The notes: generated by a model not told the origin, from the letters alone. DNA of 60,221 nucleotides, filler included, from Stramenopiles sp. TOSAG23-3 (GCA_900128585.1; 12 parts of 12 records of this genome joined end to end with filler, not necessarily neighbours in it); one strand, 5' to 3'. Positions 36,139-47,999 are shown, numbered from the whole stretch's first letter. Made by a program: numbers and translations.

Positions 36139-39100
36139 TCAAAGCGGTGGCAACACAATCCCTTGTTTTACTTTTCCCAAATTCCCTATCCGTAGAATCG
36201 GTACCCAAAGGTGCCGGTCCGCAGTTGACCGTTGTAGCATTTCCCGTACGTCTTTTTCCAGATGCAGATCAGACAGAAATGGCAACATGGTATGAACTGC
36301 ATCCCGCTGCCCCTCAATCGTCCCAAACGTACGGCACAACATCCCCACCATCGCCGCGGTAACGAAGAATTTACCCATGCATGACATAGAAAGAATATCT
36401 AGTTTCAGTAACTCGCTGTTCTGGCACGAGACCTCTTGCAAAAGGCTCCGAAACTCCCTGTTCGACAACGGTGGTTTCTTCCGAAAGTAACACGATTCAA
36501 ATTCTAGCATCCCCGTTTTGGGGACCATCCAGGTCGCCTCTTGGACATTTTTGAGTTCGAGCATTTTGCCATCATGGGAAACACTTAGAAAGAAGTCAAA
36601 TCGTCCGGGGTCGGCACACTGACCGTGGAATGTTATGCACATCTGCCGCTGCCTCTTGTCCGCGAGATCGAATTTGTAAGGTTGCCAGTACATTCGCTGC
36701 ACCACTGCCCGCGTGTGATAGTACAGGTAGTCAAAGGTTAAAATCCCTCGTTTTGGAATTGCAAATTCTCCTGAAATATTCTTTAGCCTTGCTTTCATCC
36801 CATCGATCAAGACTCCCCACCACACCTCTCCAGGGTTCTCCGCGGCTCTGTAATACAGCATCTCCGCTTCTTGGTGCTGCTGCTTGTCGCTGAGGTCCAA
36901 CGTGTATGGCGTCGAATACAAATACGCGGGGGCTTTTGTGCAGTATTCAAATTCCAAAAGTCCGGAAGAAGGAAGGTGAAAATTGGCCTCGATCCCGGTC
37001 ATCAAATGTGACCCATGCTGTATTCGTTCGTGCTTCGATATTTTCGTGTACTTCGCCAAGCTGGCCGACTCGCCCTTTACTTTTACATTCTTCCATTGGT
37101 CACGCATACCACCTGCGTTCCACAGCTTGCTGCGGAAGCATTTCTCTGCAAGCGTTGTTGCCCGTTCGTGTTCTTGTTTTCTAGACAAATCAAACCGGAA
37201 CGGTCTGTTGTACGCAAAGTTAGCCGATGCGTAGTCAAACTCAAGCACGCCCTCTTTTGGTAGCCACGCCGCCGTGTGCACTTGCTCGTCAAACTCGAAC
37301 GGGTCGCCGTTGAATGTTTCATTGAACCAGTTTTCCCCTAGCTCTACCACTGCCAACAGAATTAACCGTTCCGCCATTTTCCGATGCCTTGCAACGGACA
37401 AGTCTAACTTGAAATGGATGCTTGCTAGTTTCAGGTCCCCGTGCCGCTGGTTGGCGGGTTTGTTCCGCCCAGCCCGGTAGTCGATTTCAAGCAGTCCTTC
37501 ACGGGGCACACTCCATTTTTTACCCACTCTCGGCTTATACACAAGCACGGCCCGGTTTAGCCTGGCCTGGGCCCAGCGATTTCCTCCCTCTGCGGCACGC
37601 AAACGAAGCAACTGGGCAAAGGCACGATTTTGGGGGCTGTTCAGCCACATTTCGTATATCCTCGACTCATTTGCTGGCTTTAAGAACAATTCCAGCTCCT
37701 CGTGAGCTCCTCCGGTTTTGTCCGTGCCTTTAAGGCCTAGAAAGTTCAACTTGCTGATCTTGCGCGCGTGCAATAGTTCCACAACCCCATCGTCCCCAAG
37801 GGGATTGTTGCTCAGGTCCAACGAGCGCATGGTTCGACAGTACCGGATGCCATCTGCTATTGCAAAGGCGGCGTTTCTTCCCAAGCGATTCTCCGCGACG
37901 TCCACGTTAACCAGGCTCTTGCTGCAGGCCAAGAACGCCCCAAAAACGATGCCACCGGCATCTCCCAAACTGTTCCACGCCAAGTGCAGGTTGATCAATG
38001 TGCTGTGACTGCTGATTACATCCCCCAACCGGTACATGCTTCGGGGACCAATATTGTTCCAGTCCAAATTCAGCGTCTCTAGCGAAACGCATTGCGGGAT
38101 GGCTTTGCACAGCGATCGAGCTCCGCGGTCAGAAATATCGCACTTACTTAAGTTCAAGCTTAAAAGTTTGCACGGCGACTTTTTAATGGCCTTTGCAAAG
38201 AGCGGCAAAAATGTATTTCCAAACCCCGTGTCGGACAAGTTCAGCGAAGAGAGGCCACCGCGATTCCGAAACCCCCGCGCCAACGCGACAGCCGTTCGAT
38301 GGCCAAGTTTGTTCTGGGATAGATCCAGAGAGTAGAGTCGGGCGGTCTTCGTGGTAACTTCGGCCAGTGCAGCCGCCCCGGCGTCTTCTATATCGCAGTT
38401 GCAGACAGACAATTGCTCGATGACGCACGATTTATGCTTTAACCCCGTTGCCAGCGCGGTGGCCCCGGCGGCGCCCAAACGGTACTCTTTCAGGTTGGAA
38501 CGCTTTCGCTTTACGAGATGTTTCATAATTGTATTTTTCGGCAGCAACATCAATTTTACGCAGGCTTTTTTGTACGCTTTCTGACACCCTTTTTCGGGCT
38601 TTGGGGGCGGCCTAACGTACTTCTTTTTCTCCGCCGTGCGGGGCTTGGCCTTCGCTATGGGTGGCAACGGCGTCCCCGAAGGCCCATCAGTCTCCGGTTC
38701 GGTTGATTTCTCTTCTGTTGGTGGGTTAATAAACGTAGTGCTGTCTTGCACCACCGGCGTCTCCTCCGGTTCCGACTCATCGTCATCGTCGTCTTCCTCT
38801 TCAGTGCTTTCTTCTGCTTCGGTGCCGTTCGCTTCGTCAAAGAGTCCCTCCGACCCGTCTTCAGACTCCGACGCATCGGAATCGTCCTGGTACTGGGACG
38901 AGCCCGCGTTAGGCCTCCCCCTTGTTCTGTAAAAAATGGGTGGAGTCACTATCGACTTCAGTAGAGTCACGAGGATTTCACTCTTCTTCTTGCTACCAAC
39001 AACCGCCTGCCTAACATTTTCATAGAAACCTTCTGGGTCAGTTGCCCGGCGGTGGCCGTGCCAAATCTCTTCGAAGGTGCTGATTTCAAACTTTGCGCAA

Positions 39101-39465
39101 AGATTTCGAGCCTGGTAAATGTCCATCCCGTACGCTTGCCTTGCGTTTGTCGGGACAGGGTCTTTTATTCCTAACTTCTCCTTTAAGGTCAGCCCGCTCA
39201 CTAATGGCTGGCTCCAAAAGTTGTGGCGTGCTATACACGCGTCGATTAATTTACTAATGTCTGAAAGGCAGGCGTGCAAACCATCCTTTGACCCAGTTAT
39301 CTTCATTTTGCGCGACGGTGGATTGGACTGAGGGTCTGATACCTTTGGAATCGCAAACATGACCCCTCTGGCCTCACGAATACTCTCGAGAGTATTCCCA
39401 TCCCGGTCCAATATACCTCCCGTCTGAAATATTTGCTCTGGAATATGCACTTCGGTGCTTTCCAT
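36139..39465 (-). CDS. KH-like / acidic linker / RNI-type LRR protein with five C-terminal repeats
   Basis: KH-like N-terminus (GGILDRDGNTLESIREARGV); LRRs of type LxxLDLSxNxLG; repeats of type (Y/F)xLDLS...W...G...PxxGxLEF. Confidence 0.85.
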   Translation of the reverse strand: MESTEVHIPEQIFQTGGILDRDGNTLESIREARGVMFAIPKVSDPQSNPPSRKMKITGSKDGLHACLSDISKLIDACIARHNFWSQPLVSGLTLKEKLGIKDPVPTNARQAYGMDIYQARNLCAKFEISTFEEIWHGHRRATDPEGFYENVRQAVVGSKKKSEILVTLLKSIVTPPIFYRTRGRPNAGSSQYQDDSDASESEDGSEGLFDEANGTEAEESTEEEDDDDDESEPEETPVVQDSTTFINPPTEEKSTEPETDGPSGTPLPPIAKAKPRTAEKKKYVRPPPKPEKGCQKAYKKACVKLMLLPKNTIMKHLVKRKRSNLKEYRLGAAGATALATGLKHKSCVIEQLSVCNCDIEDAGAAALAEVTTKTARLYSLDLSQNKLGHRTAVALARGFRNRGGLSSLNLSDTGFGNTFLPLFAKAIKKSPCKLLSLNLSKCDISDRGARSLCKAIPQCVSLETLNLDWNNIGPRSMYRLGDVISSHSTLINLHLAWNSLGDAGGIVFGAFLACSKSLVNVDVAENRLGRNAAFAIADGIRYCRTMRSLDLSNNPLGDDGVVELLHARKISKLNFLGLKGTDKTGGAHEELELFLKPANESRIYEMWLNSPQNRAFAQLLRLRAAEGGNRWAQARLNRAVLVYKPRVGKKWSVPREGLLEIDYRAGRNKPANQRHGDLKLASIHFKLDLSVARHRKMAERLILLAVVELGENWFNETFNGDPFEFDEQVHTAAWLPKEGVLEFDYASANFAYNRPFRFDLSRKQEHERATTLAEKCFRSKLWNAGGMRDQWKNVKVKGESASLAKYTKISKHERIQHGSHLMTGIEANFHLPSSGLLEFEYCTKAPAYLYSTPYTLDLSDKQQHQEAEMLYYRAAENPGEVWWGVLIDGMKARLKNISGEFAIPKRGILTFDYLYYHTRAVVQRMYWQPYKFDLADKRQRQMCITFHGQCADPGRFDFFLSVSHDGKMLELKNVQEATWMVPKTGMLEFESCYFRKKPPLSNREFRSLLQEVSCQNSELLKLDILSMSCMGKFFVTAAMVGMLCRTFGTIEGQRDAVHTMLPFLSDLHLEKDVREMLQRSTADRHLWVPILRIGNLGKVKQGIVLPPL

Positions 39466-40329
39466 GATGACTCCCAGCCGTCGATGGAAACAGTCCCACT
39501 TCTCTGTGACTGACGACTTTGGCTTTTAGCGGAGAGCGTTTGTAATGGGCAGGAATAATGTTTTTGTCTTTTTAGTGGGAATCAAATGTTCTTTGTACTG
39601 TGGACGCACGCTCGTTCTGTGGAATATTGTACATCAAGAGAGAGGAGTTATATGAAGTGGTGCTGCGCTAGAGAAGGTGGGTGGGGTCGGTGTTCGGTAC
39701 GAAGTATATTTTTTATATTGTTGTATTGTTGTACCCACCACCACCACCACCACCCCCCCATCATCATCGAAATGAGAATAGCAGTACGGTACTAATGTGA
39801 TAAAGCAGTGATGAAGCAGTGTACAAAAGCCATAAACCGCTTCGCGGAGCTTCTTATATTAAGGATATTCACTACTATTCATAATGGAATAAGAGTATGT
39901 ACCAAATGGATTTTAAAACGATATATATATGAATATTATTATGAAATTAAAATACCTTTGCCTTAATAGTAGAAAAGACAAGTAACAATGAGGAGGAAGA
40001 AGTAACGACTATATAAATATATCGAATCGAATCGAATCGGATCTAATACTTTACACCGCATAATATAGATAGGAAGGTTGAAAGCTGGAATTTTCTCAGA
40101 CATAACAATGCACGCAATCAGCCCCAGAAAGTTAAATACCATATACAACATNNNNNNNNNNNNNNNNNNNNNNNNNNNNNNNNNNNNNNNNNNNNTTAAT
40201 TAATTAANNNNNNNNNNNNNNNNNNNNNNNNNNNNNNNNNNNNNNNNNNNNTCATAGTCACGAATTGATCTTACAATTGAGATAATCTTGAGAGTCTTAA
40301 AACATACTATATAATCAGTTTTTTTTTAT

Positions 40330-40889
40330 AGTTCGCAGTACATTAATTTTAATTACTTAAATAACAGCCAATTTTCTTGTTTTTAAATATATAGTTTAGT
40401 GGCAGTGTTTCGTTTCAATTTTTTATTCAGAGGATAATTATGTTGGTGGCATGGTGTACACCTGAGAATGATAGTCAACACTAAGTGACAAGGGTATATC
40501 GATTAGTAAAACCAAAAGAGCAAAGATAACTATAAGTTCGCAGTACACTGAAGGAATGGAAACCTCGAATGTTTAAATTTAGAGTTCAGTTCGCAGTACA
40601 TTAATTTTAATTACTTAGAAAATAACAGCCAATTTTCTTGTTTTTATTTCATTGAGCAGTACCATAGACAACGAGCCCCTTTAAAAACATTTATGCCGGT
40701 GTGTACTTTTAAGACCAATCGATTGGAATCTTGGCCAGAACTTGGGGAGGATCTGCAATAGGAGGAGATATTGTTCTTGAACTGACAACTTCTATTTTTT
40801 TTTTTATAAAATTATAAATTTTACTTTAATAAAATAACAGCCAATTTTCTTGTTTTTACTTAAATAACAGCCAATTTTCTTGTTTTTAA
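40330..40889 (+). repeat. Cluster of the dispersed ~65-bp element
   Basis: Copies at 40330-40388, 40574-40646, 40832-40858 and 40858-40889, plus a partial copy near 40535. Confidence 0.9.
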
Positions 40890-40909
40890 TTATGTTTAGT
40901 TGCAACCCC

Positions 40910-43486
40910 TCAAGAAGCTTGCTTCTTCTTTGCTTCTCCAATGAGGACGGATATGAAAATCATCAGCTTCGCATGCATTGGGCTTCTTTCTGCGTAATCA
41001 ATTCGCTGCTGGTCGGACATGTGCGTTCCGTACAAAATGAAATTGTGAAATTCGTGGCGATCTAATGTATCATTCCCATCTTCGTCTAAGAAACGCAGGA
41101 ACTTCCTTGACTCTAACACAGTAGGCTTTGCCGCTGGGTCCCCACCAGTCTCACATGCATCTGACATTAATTGCTGGAACTCCTCTGCATTGATGGTATT
41201 TGTCCCGTCTTTGTCATACCTCTTCCATATTTCATCGACTACGGAATTGATCATAGTTTCCTCTTCTTTAGTTTCTTTCACCGTGCCTACCTTCGGCATC
41301 TCCCTGTTTTGGGGCAACGACGTCTTTTCGCCCGTTAAGCGCAAATCTACTTCGTTAAAAAATTCAATAATTGTTCCATGCGCATCGCTCCTTGCGGAGT
41401 ATTCTTTTCTTTCGGCCGCCGTGAGCTTGATGCCATTTTTTATGAAATTGCTCAGTTCATCTGGCTGAATCTTCGCATCACCATCATCATCAATACTCTT
41501 TAAAAATTTTGCACAAATCTCTTCCGTGACAGCATGGCCTGTAAAATTGTGCAGCAAACGGGTGGTCTCTTCGGCGCTTAGCGCGCCGTCCCCGTCAAGA
41601 TCAAACGTCCCCCAAATCTTTGCGACGAAGGCTTCAGGGGACAGTTTCTCGGCTACTTTAGGCGCGTCTGGCTTTGGCGCGGAAGGTATCGTTCGGGCAG
41701 CCTCCCGTATTGCCACTGCCGCAGAATTTGACGATAACCTTGCGAAGACACTATCAAATAAATCCAACAGAGCGCTGTGCATTTCACTGCGGTTACGATA
41801 CACCTTTCTTTTCTCCGGGCCAAGCCTCATGCCTGCTTCGACAAACTCTACTAATTCGTCTTTCTGTATTTTTCCATCTCCACTGGAGTCAATTCGCTGC
41901 AAAAACCTTTCGCAATCGTTTACAGGTATTTCTCGGCCTGTCAAAAACAAAAATGTCTGGTTTAGCTCAACACCATCCAACGCACCGTCCTGGTCCACGT
42001 CAAAATGGTCCCATAAACGGTCAAACAGACCATTGATTGATTTCGGCACGGCGCTAGAAGTGCCGCTCTTTAACTTTTCGTCCAAAGTGTCCTGGGTCAG
42101 ATTCGTCCCATTTTCCGTAATCATGCGCTCGGCATTGACAAACACCGACACCAACATAGCGTGCATTGGGCTCCGTGCGGCGTACTTTTTTTTGTCTTCT
42201 TTGGAAAGAGACAGGCCTTGTTCCACGAATTCGCAAAACTCATCTTGCTGAATCAGCCCATCCCCACTAGTGTCCATTCTTCTCAAGAATCGCTGGCAGT
42301 CCTGTTCTGCCAGCATTCCTTGCGTCAGGCCTTCAATCATCTTTTTGAACTCCTCTGCGTTGAGAGCGTCGTCCTTATCTTCGTCGTACTTCTCCCACAA
42401 ATGCTTCACCAAGTTCTGCACTCCCGCAGCCCTGGCCTCCAGCACTTCTTTCGGGACCTCCTTTATGGTTTCTTCCGCGACGTCCAGACTTTCTAGCAAT
42501 AAGCTTAGAAAAAAGTCGATCAGCTTGTGGTGCATCGTGCTTGTGGCCGCGAACTTCATGCGCTCGTTGGAAGACGAAGTCATAACATTTACCGCAAAGT
42601 CGATCAAGGACTGCTTCGACAGGCTACTTTTCCCTTTGCTCTCGGGGTCAACAACACCCATAAACCTTTCTGCGTCCCTGGCGGTCGGCTTGCGCTGGTC
42701 CGCGTCGTGTGTGGAGGCAACGACCTCGAGCATAAAGCTATGAAACTCCCCCACTTCGATTTCGCCGCTGTTGTCGACGTCGTACTTTGTGAACAATTTG
42801 TCAACGGCCCCTTCTACGCGTCGCTCTAACGCTTTCGATATGGACGCGACCAGGGACCGCCCGACAATGGTGCCTTTTCCCAATGTCTTGGCCACTGCTG
42901 CCAGAACAAGCATTAGGAAGCGCGTGAGTTTTTCGTGGAACGGACTTCGCGCAGCAAATAGTTTGCGCTCCTGCGGCGAGGCGGAGCAACCGTCTATGAT
43001 GAAGCCTACCAACTCTTTCTGGTCAATCATCCCGTTTCCATTTTTGTCCATATAGCTCAGCAGCTTTTGTACGTCTTCCTCGGACGGTGCCTCTTCTTGG
43101 GGGCCCATAACATCAACCATAAGCGTTTTGAACGTGGACGCGTTCATTTGACCATTTGAATCTGAAGGGTATTGATTGAATATTTTCGTCACAGCTTGGT
43201 CGATATCCATTTCGTTCAGTGGACCCTCCTTTTCTAATTTTCTAAATTGGGAAACCAGCATTTCAATCTCCATTTGCGCGTATAGCAACTCGTCCACATC
43301 GGTCGGAGACACAATTACAGGCTCATCTTGGGTCGCTTCGCCTTTCTCTTGTTTTTCTAGCATGTCCTTGAGTTTATCCACGTACACTTTTCGCATATGA
43401 CGTGTCAATTTCAGGCGGTTCTCAACCGTGAGATTCTCTAGTAAAGGAAGGTCATCCGCGCTTGTGGTCGATGGCCCAATCCCCAT
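40910..43486 (-). CDS. Multi-EF-hand protein with six EF-pair modules and a possible N-myristoylation site
   Basis: Up to 12 EF loops, some degenerate (e.g. DVDNSGEIEVGE, DTSGDGLIQQDE). The first ATG gives MGIGPS. Confidence 0.9.
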   Translation of the reverse strand: MGIGPSTTSADDLPLLENLTVENRLKLTRHMRKVYVDKLKDMLEKQEKGEATQDEPVIVSPTDVDELLYAQMEIEMLVSQFRKLEKEGPLNEMDIDQAVTKIFNQYPSDSNGQMNASTFKTLMVDVMGPQEEAPSEEDVQKLLSYMDKNGNGMIDQKELVGFIIDGCSASPQERKLFAARSPFHEKLTRFLMLVLAAVAKTLGKGTIVGRSLVASISKALERRVEGAVDKLFTKYDVDNSGEIEVGEFHSFMLEVVASTHDADQRKPTARDAERFMGVVDPESKGKSSLSKQSLIDFAVNVMTSSSNERMKFAATSTMHHKLIDFFLSLLLESLDVAEETIKEVPKEVLEARAAGVQNLVKHLWEKYDEDKDDALNAEEFKKMIEGLTQGMLAEQDCQRFLRRMDTSGDGLIQQDEFCEFVEQGLSLSKEDKKKYAARSPMHAMLVSVFVNAERMITENGTNLTQDTLDEKLKSGTSSAVPKSINGLFDRLWDHFDVDQDGALDGVELNQTFLFLTGREIPVNDCERFLQRIDSSGDGKIQKDELVEFVEAGMRLGPEKRKVYRNRSEMHSALLDLFDSVFARLSSNSAAVAIREAARTIPSAPKPDAPKVAEKLSPEAFVAKIWGTFDLDGDGALSAEETTRLLHNFTGHAVTEEICAKFLKSIDDDGDAKIQPDELSNFIKNGIKLTAAERKEYSARSDAHGTIIEFFNEVDLRLTGEKTSLPQNREMPKVGTVKETKEEETMINSVVDEIWKRYDKDGTNTINAEEFQQLMSDACETGGDPAAKPTVLESRKFLRFLDEDGNDTLDRHEFHNFILYGTHMSDQQRIDYAERSPMHAKLMIFISVLIGEAKKKQAS

Positions 43487-45093
43487 TCTTCTCTCCGAAT
43501 TCGATGGCAATCAACTAAACAGCTCTGGTGACTGACTTCCTTGATCGTACCCCAAGTTTAAAGAAGAATCGTACAATTTTCACACAAACTGCGGTTCAAA
43601 CCGTTTTAGAATTGAATCAATCGACACAAACATTTCTTTCCGTTCATAAGAAGGAAGATCCTCGTAAAGATGTTATATGAATCATCCCCGTGTGCACACA
43701 CAAATCGTAAAAGTGTTAAATAATAGTAGAAGAGAGAGATATCATAGTATTATTATATGGTATAATTATAAATATTTTATTATTTTTACACCGTTTCTTC
43801 TCATATATACACAAGGCAATACCACTGGGAATAATACAATTAAACGATAGTATCATGTCTTATAATTTAAAGAATAATTTTTTTTATTATATCGTATTTA
43901 TTTTAAGTGCTATTTGGATGGTGTTGTCATATTATCATATGTTGTCATAATGGAGGGGTCTGAAATATTGTTTTTTTTTAATCTTCTACCTCAAAAACCT
44001 AAAATCGCTTCGTTCTTTCGTTGCTGCTGCTGCTGTCAGTAGTCTTTAGTAGGAACAACTCATTTGTTTTATCCTCTATACAATTGTATGATAGGAAAGA
44101 TAAATGATTTCGTACTTATCATTCATATGAATCATTTATATCGATCTACCATTCAATAGTATGGTTAATTACGATTGATCATTTATTTTTTTGAGGAGGA
44201 ATTTATTATTAATTAATTTAATATCAATCTCAATCCTAGTGTAACTGACGTTTCATGATATCGCCCTTTGTATTATATGATCGTTCGTTAAACTGATTCA
44301 TTCATATTTTAAAAGAAGCTAAAATAATCTAAAAGAAGATATAGTAGTCGTCTGTAGCAAAGATTATCAAAGATTGTGATGATGTAAATATATAACTAGT
44401 TAAAAATTGTGTAGTAGGTTCATAGTAATAACATAAAAAAATAGGAAAGATAAATATAGATCATTTTGTAAAACAACTGATACACCTATTTATTAAATTT
44501 TATTATGGAAAACAAAATACATACTATACTACATTATACTTCTACTGGTATGTAAGTAGGTATTTTATACAAAGTTCGTTTTAAGTAGAGTAGAAAGAAG
44601 AAGAAGCCTAAGTCAGTTAAAATAGTTCAGTTCAGTTCTGTCAACGTTTCAATTTGCTAACCATTAACTTTATGTGTGAAAAAGGAAGCATTAAGGGATA
44701 TGTATGTATCCTATCCGAAATCTATAATTTGTTATTTCATAATTTACTCCCTACTTTACAGTTTGCTATACTTCAAAACCAATTATTGCACATTTCTATA
44801 TCCGTTTCATATATATTCATCCTTACGTTTAGAAATACTTTATCGCTTCCATTCAATTTATATGTTGAATACGGTACGGTACACAGTTTTATTAAGCTAA
44901 GCTTTTCGACGGTTTTTTTCATAAAATTATTATTCACACCCCTTTTGATAAGTAAGGTATACATTGATATCTATCATTTCATTCAACTAACTATTAATGG
45001 CAATAAAATATCAACTAATTGAAGATTTAAATTTATGTTTCTTCTTTTGTACATTAAAGCCTTAATTATGAGGGGAAACAACTAGATAGTAAA

Positions 45094-45172
45094 GAATTCG
45101 GAGAGAAGAATGGGGATTGGGCCATCGACCACAAGCGCGGATGACCTTCCTTTACTAGAGAATCTCACGGTT
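45094..45172 (+). repeat. 79-bp exact inverted copy of 43424-43502 (5' end of the EF-hand gene)
   Basis: GAATTCGGAGAGAAGAATGGGGATTGGG...CTCACGGTT is the reverse complement of 43424-43502 and runs to the contig end. Confidence 0.92.
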
Positions 45173-45513
45173 NNNNNNNNNNNNNNNNNNNNNNNNNNNN
45201 NNNNNNNNNNNNNNNNTTAATTAATTAANNNNNNNNNNNNNNNNNNNNNNNNNNNNNNNNNNNNNNNNNNNNAGTTCCATCATTATCATCTCCTCTGGCC
45301 TCTGGTTGTAACTTATAACTTATATCTTAACCGTATTTATAAAGAAAATCGAACTGATTGCGTAAGCTAACAATGGTTGTTTCAAATAGATGTGACAAGG
45401 GGAAAAGGATTACCAAGGTAAAAACGAAACAACAACAAAAATAAGGGAGGAGTACACCAACAGCGCAACGTTGAATTAACATATCTGTTCTGCCCTGCCA
45501 CCAATACGATACG

Positions 45514-46876
45514 ATGGACCACGAGGAGGAGGAAACGGAACTGCATCAGATCCAAAAATTATGGATGAATGCAAAGGACGAGCTTGCTCGTTTACGCAGC
45601 ACAACCCGGAAACACTCGAGAATAATCAAAGAAAAGGACAGCAAGCTGAAAGACATGGCTCGGCTGTTTGAGCAAAGAAAACTTGGCATTGAGCGGGTGC
45701 TGGCGGAAGCCAAAGGGAAAGAAAGCGCATTTCGAAAAGAAATAGAAGCTATTTCCGAAAAGTTGGAAGATGAGAGAAAGGCCCGAAGGCACGAAGAGGA
45801 AAAAATTAACGACATGGAGTTTGAAATCGACAATTTAAGCGCGGGGATCGCCACGTACAAGCATTCCCTGGAAAAGATACAGGGCAACCATGAGCACGTC
45901 CTTCGGCAGTACGCAGAGACCAAGGAGCAGAACAAAGAGGTCCAGGAACGTTTAGAGCAGTCCCAACGAGCTCACGCGGAAGTGCTGGGCAAGATCATGG
46001 GGTTCGAGGACCGGGTCATGGAAATGGACAAAGAGCGGCGAGAAAATCGCCGGGTGATGGAAGAGCTGCGGGACGAAACCGCCGAAGCCAAGCGCCATGC
46101 AAAGAACGCAGAAGAGGATATGAAACGGGCAGAGAAGCGTTTGGGAGAGGTCGAATCGAACTTAAAAGAACAGCTTCAACGAAAGTCGCAAAAGGAGGAG
46201 CACTTGAAGCAAGAGAGCAGCGATTTGATGCAACACGCAAACGAAACAAGGATGGCGGTCATGGGCCTTCGGGGCGAGCTGGAAAGCGCGGCAGAGAGGG
46301 AATCCGGGTGGCGAAAGAAGTGTCGGGCACTTAGCGTCGAGCTTTCTCGTGCCCAACATGCACTCAAACTGAAGGGGTTGAAGCACGTAGAAAAAAATCC
46401 TGGCGATTGGGACACCCAAAAAGATGCCATTGACATTGACGCGTTTCGCCAGGATTTTAATACCAGGGTGACGGTGCCAAGGCGGGGGGGGGGACGCCTA
46501 CCTGAACGACATCGATTACCGGGAAAGCCAAGACTTGCGCGTTAGCCAAGGCTACAAGTCCCGCATCCAGGCAATGCTACCGACTAGATCATCGTATCCC
46601 GAGAGTAGAGGGAAACCGCGCCACCCGAGCAGCACCAATTCCTACCGCAAAAAGCCAAACCACCGCGTCCGCTTTGCAGCCGATTACGACGGAGGCAGCA
46701 CTTCCAACACAGGGTACAGTGACGTGTTGGAAGATTTATATGCAGACTCGAGAGAGGCAAAGCGAATCACGGAGATTGGTCGTGATTACGATTCCGAAAA
46801 AGGTTCCGCGTACGTCAGGCAAGACGAGACGAACAGCAGGATGATCGAAGAGTTCGACGAGTGGCTAAGAAGTTAA
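45514..46876 (+). CDS. Coiled-coil protein with apparent frameshift in the G10 run at 46484-46493
   Basis: 343-aa heptad-rich ORF. Removing one G joins it to the 46535-46876 frame (DAYLNDIDYRESQDLRVSQG...EEFDEWLRS*). Confidence 0.75.
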
Positions 46877-47433
46877 ACTGAATTTCAGAGCAATATTATA
46901 ATAATATATATTTTATGTGAATGAATATTTTTTTCATTGATTTAAATATTGAGATGTAACGAATTTAAAATCAGAATCGCTTCCATGTTTAAGGATATGT
47001 ACATCTTATCACAATAGTTCGTTGCTCGCTAAAATTAATATATATATATTAGAGAGAATCTATAAAATAGTTTCAAAAGTGATTTATATTATATTCCTGA
47101 AGGAACTTTCCTTAATTATTAATGTCGCTTCGTTACTTCACTTTTATATTTTAAATTATAATCATACATTTTATATAGGGAATACTCGAATACTCTACCA
47201 GGTACCGTACTACAACAATACAACAAAAAAAAATGAATTCACTTTTTTGATTCATTATTTGATTCATTGATTGTTCGCATATACTTCTAGTATATACCCA
47301 AATGCAGATATACTTTAATAAATGTTACAATTCCGTCCATGAAAGGGAAACGATGGTTCGATCATGTAACCGTTTCATATTGGAATTGAATCGAGACGCC
47401 AAGGACCCATATTGGTAATTATACTAAACAATT

Positions 47434-47706
47434 ATGAGGAAGTTTACACTGTCATGTTTCGTCATGGTGCTTTCTGCGGTCGTTCTGATGAGCACGGTAT
47501 TGGCGGGTTCATCATCTTGCGGGAATCATGTATGCGAACCAGACAGAGGCGAGCGGTGGGATACTTGCTCTTTTGACTGCTGCAAAACAGACGATTGTGA
47601 TAAAGAGCACAATGTTGTAGACCATCCCGCGCCGCCGCAGACCCCTGGACATGGCGGCACCATTGACAAAAATAAGGCGTACCGATACAAACACAAAGGT
47701 CTTTGA
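47434..47706 (+). CDS. Small secreted Cys-rich protein
   Basis: Signal peptide followed by CGNHVCEPDRGERWDTCSFDCC. Confidence 0.75.
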   Translation: MRKFTLSCFVMVLSAVVLMSTVLAGSSSCGNHVCEPDRGERWDTCSFDCCKTDDCDKEHNVVDHPAPPQTPGHGGTIDKNKAYRYKHKGL

Positions 47707-47922
47707 AACAGCCGAACGTGTGTCGGTGCGGTGTTCGAACGAAATAATACCAAAAAAAGGGGCTTTATTTTAAAATGATCATCTAAAGCATTTCAATTTT
47801 AAAGTATTTGAAGCATAAAAGTTTTAATTGAGCCAAACACGAAAGGGTGTATACGAAATTGAATGTTTTGTCTTCGCGTATTAATAAAATATTAAAAAAA
47901 TTGATTAATAACCTTGAATTGT

Positions 47923-47999
47923 CTAAATCTAGAGTTCAGTTCGCAGTACATTGATTTTAATTACTTAAACTTAACAGAACCAATTTTCTTGTTTTTAAA
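47923..47999 (+). repeat. Single full copy of the dispersed ~65-bp element
   Basis: CTAAATCTAGAGTTCAGTTCGCAGTACATTGATTTTAATTACTTAAAC...CCAATTTTCTTGTTTTTAAA. Half-copies are also at 21995-22032 and 36027-36058. Confidence 0.88.
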
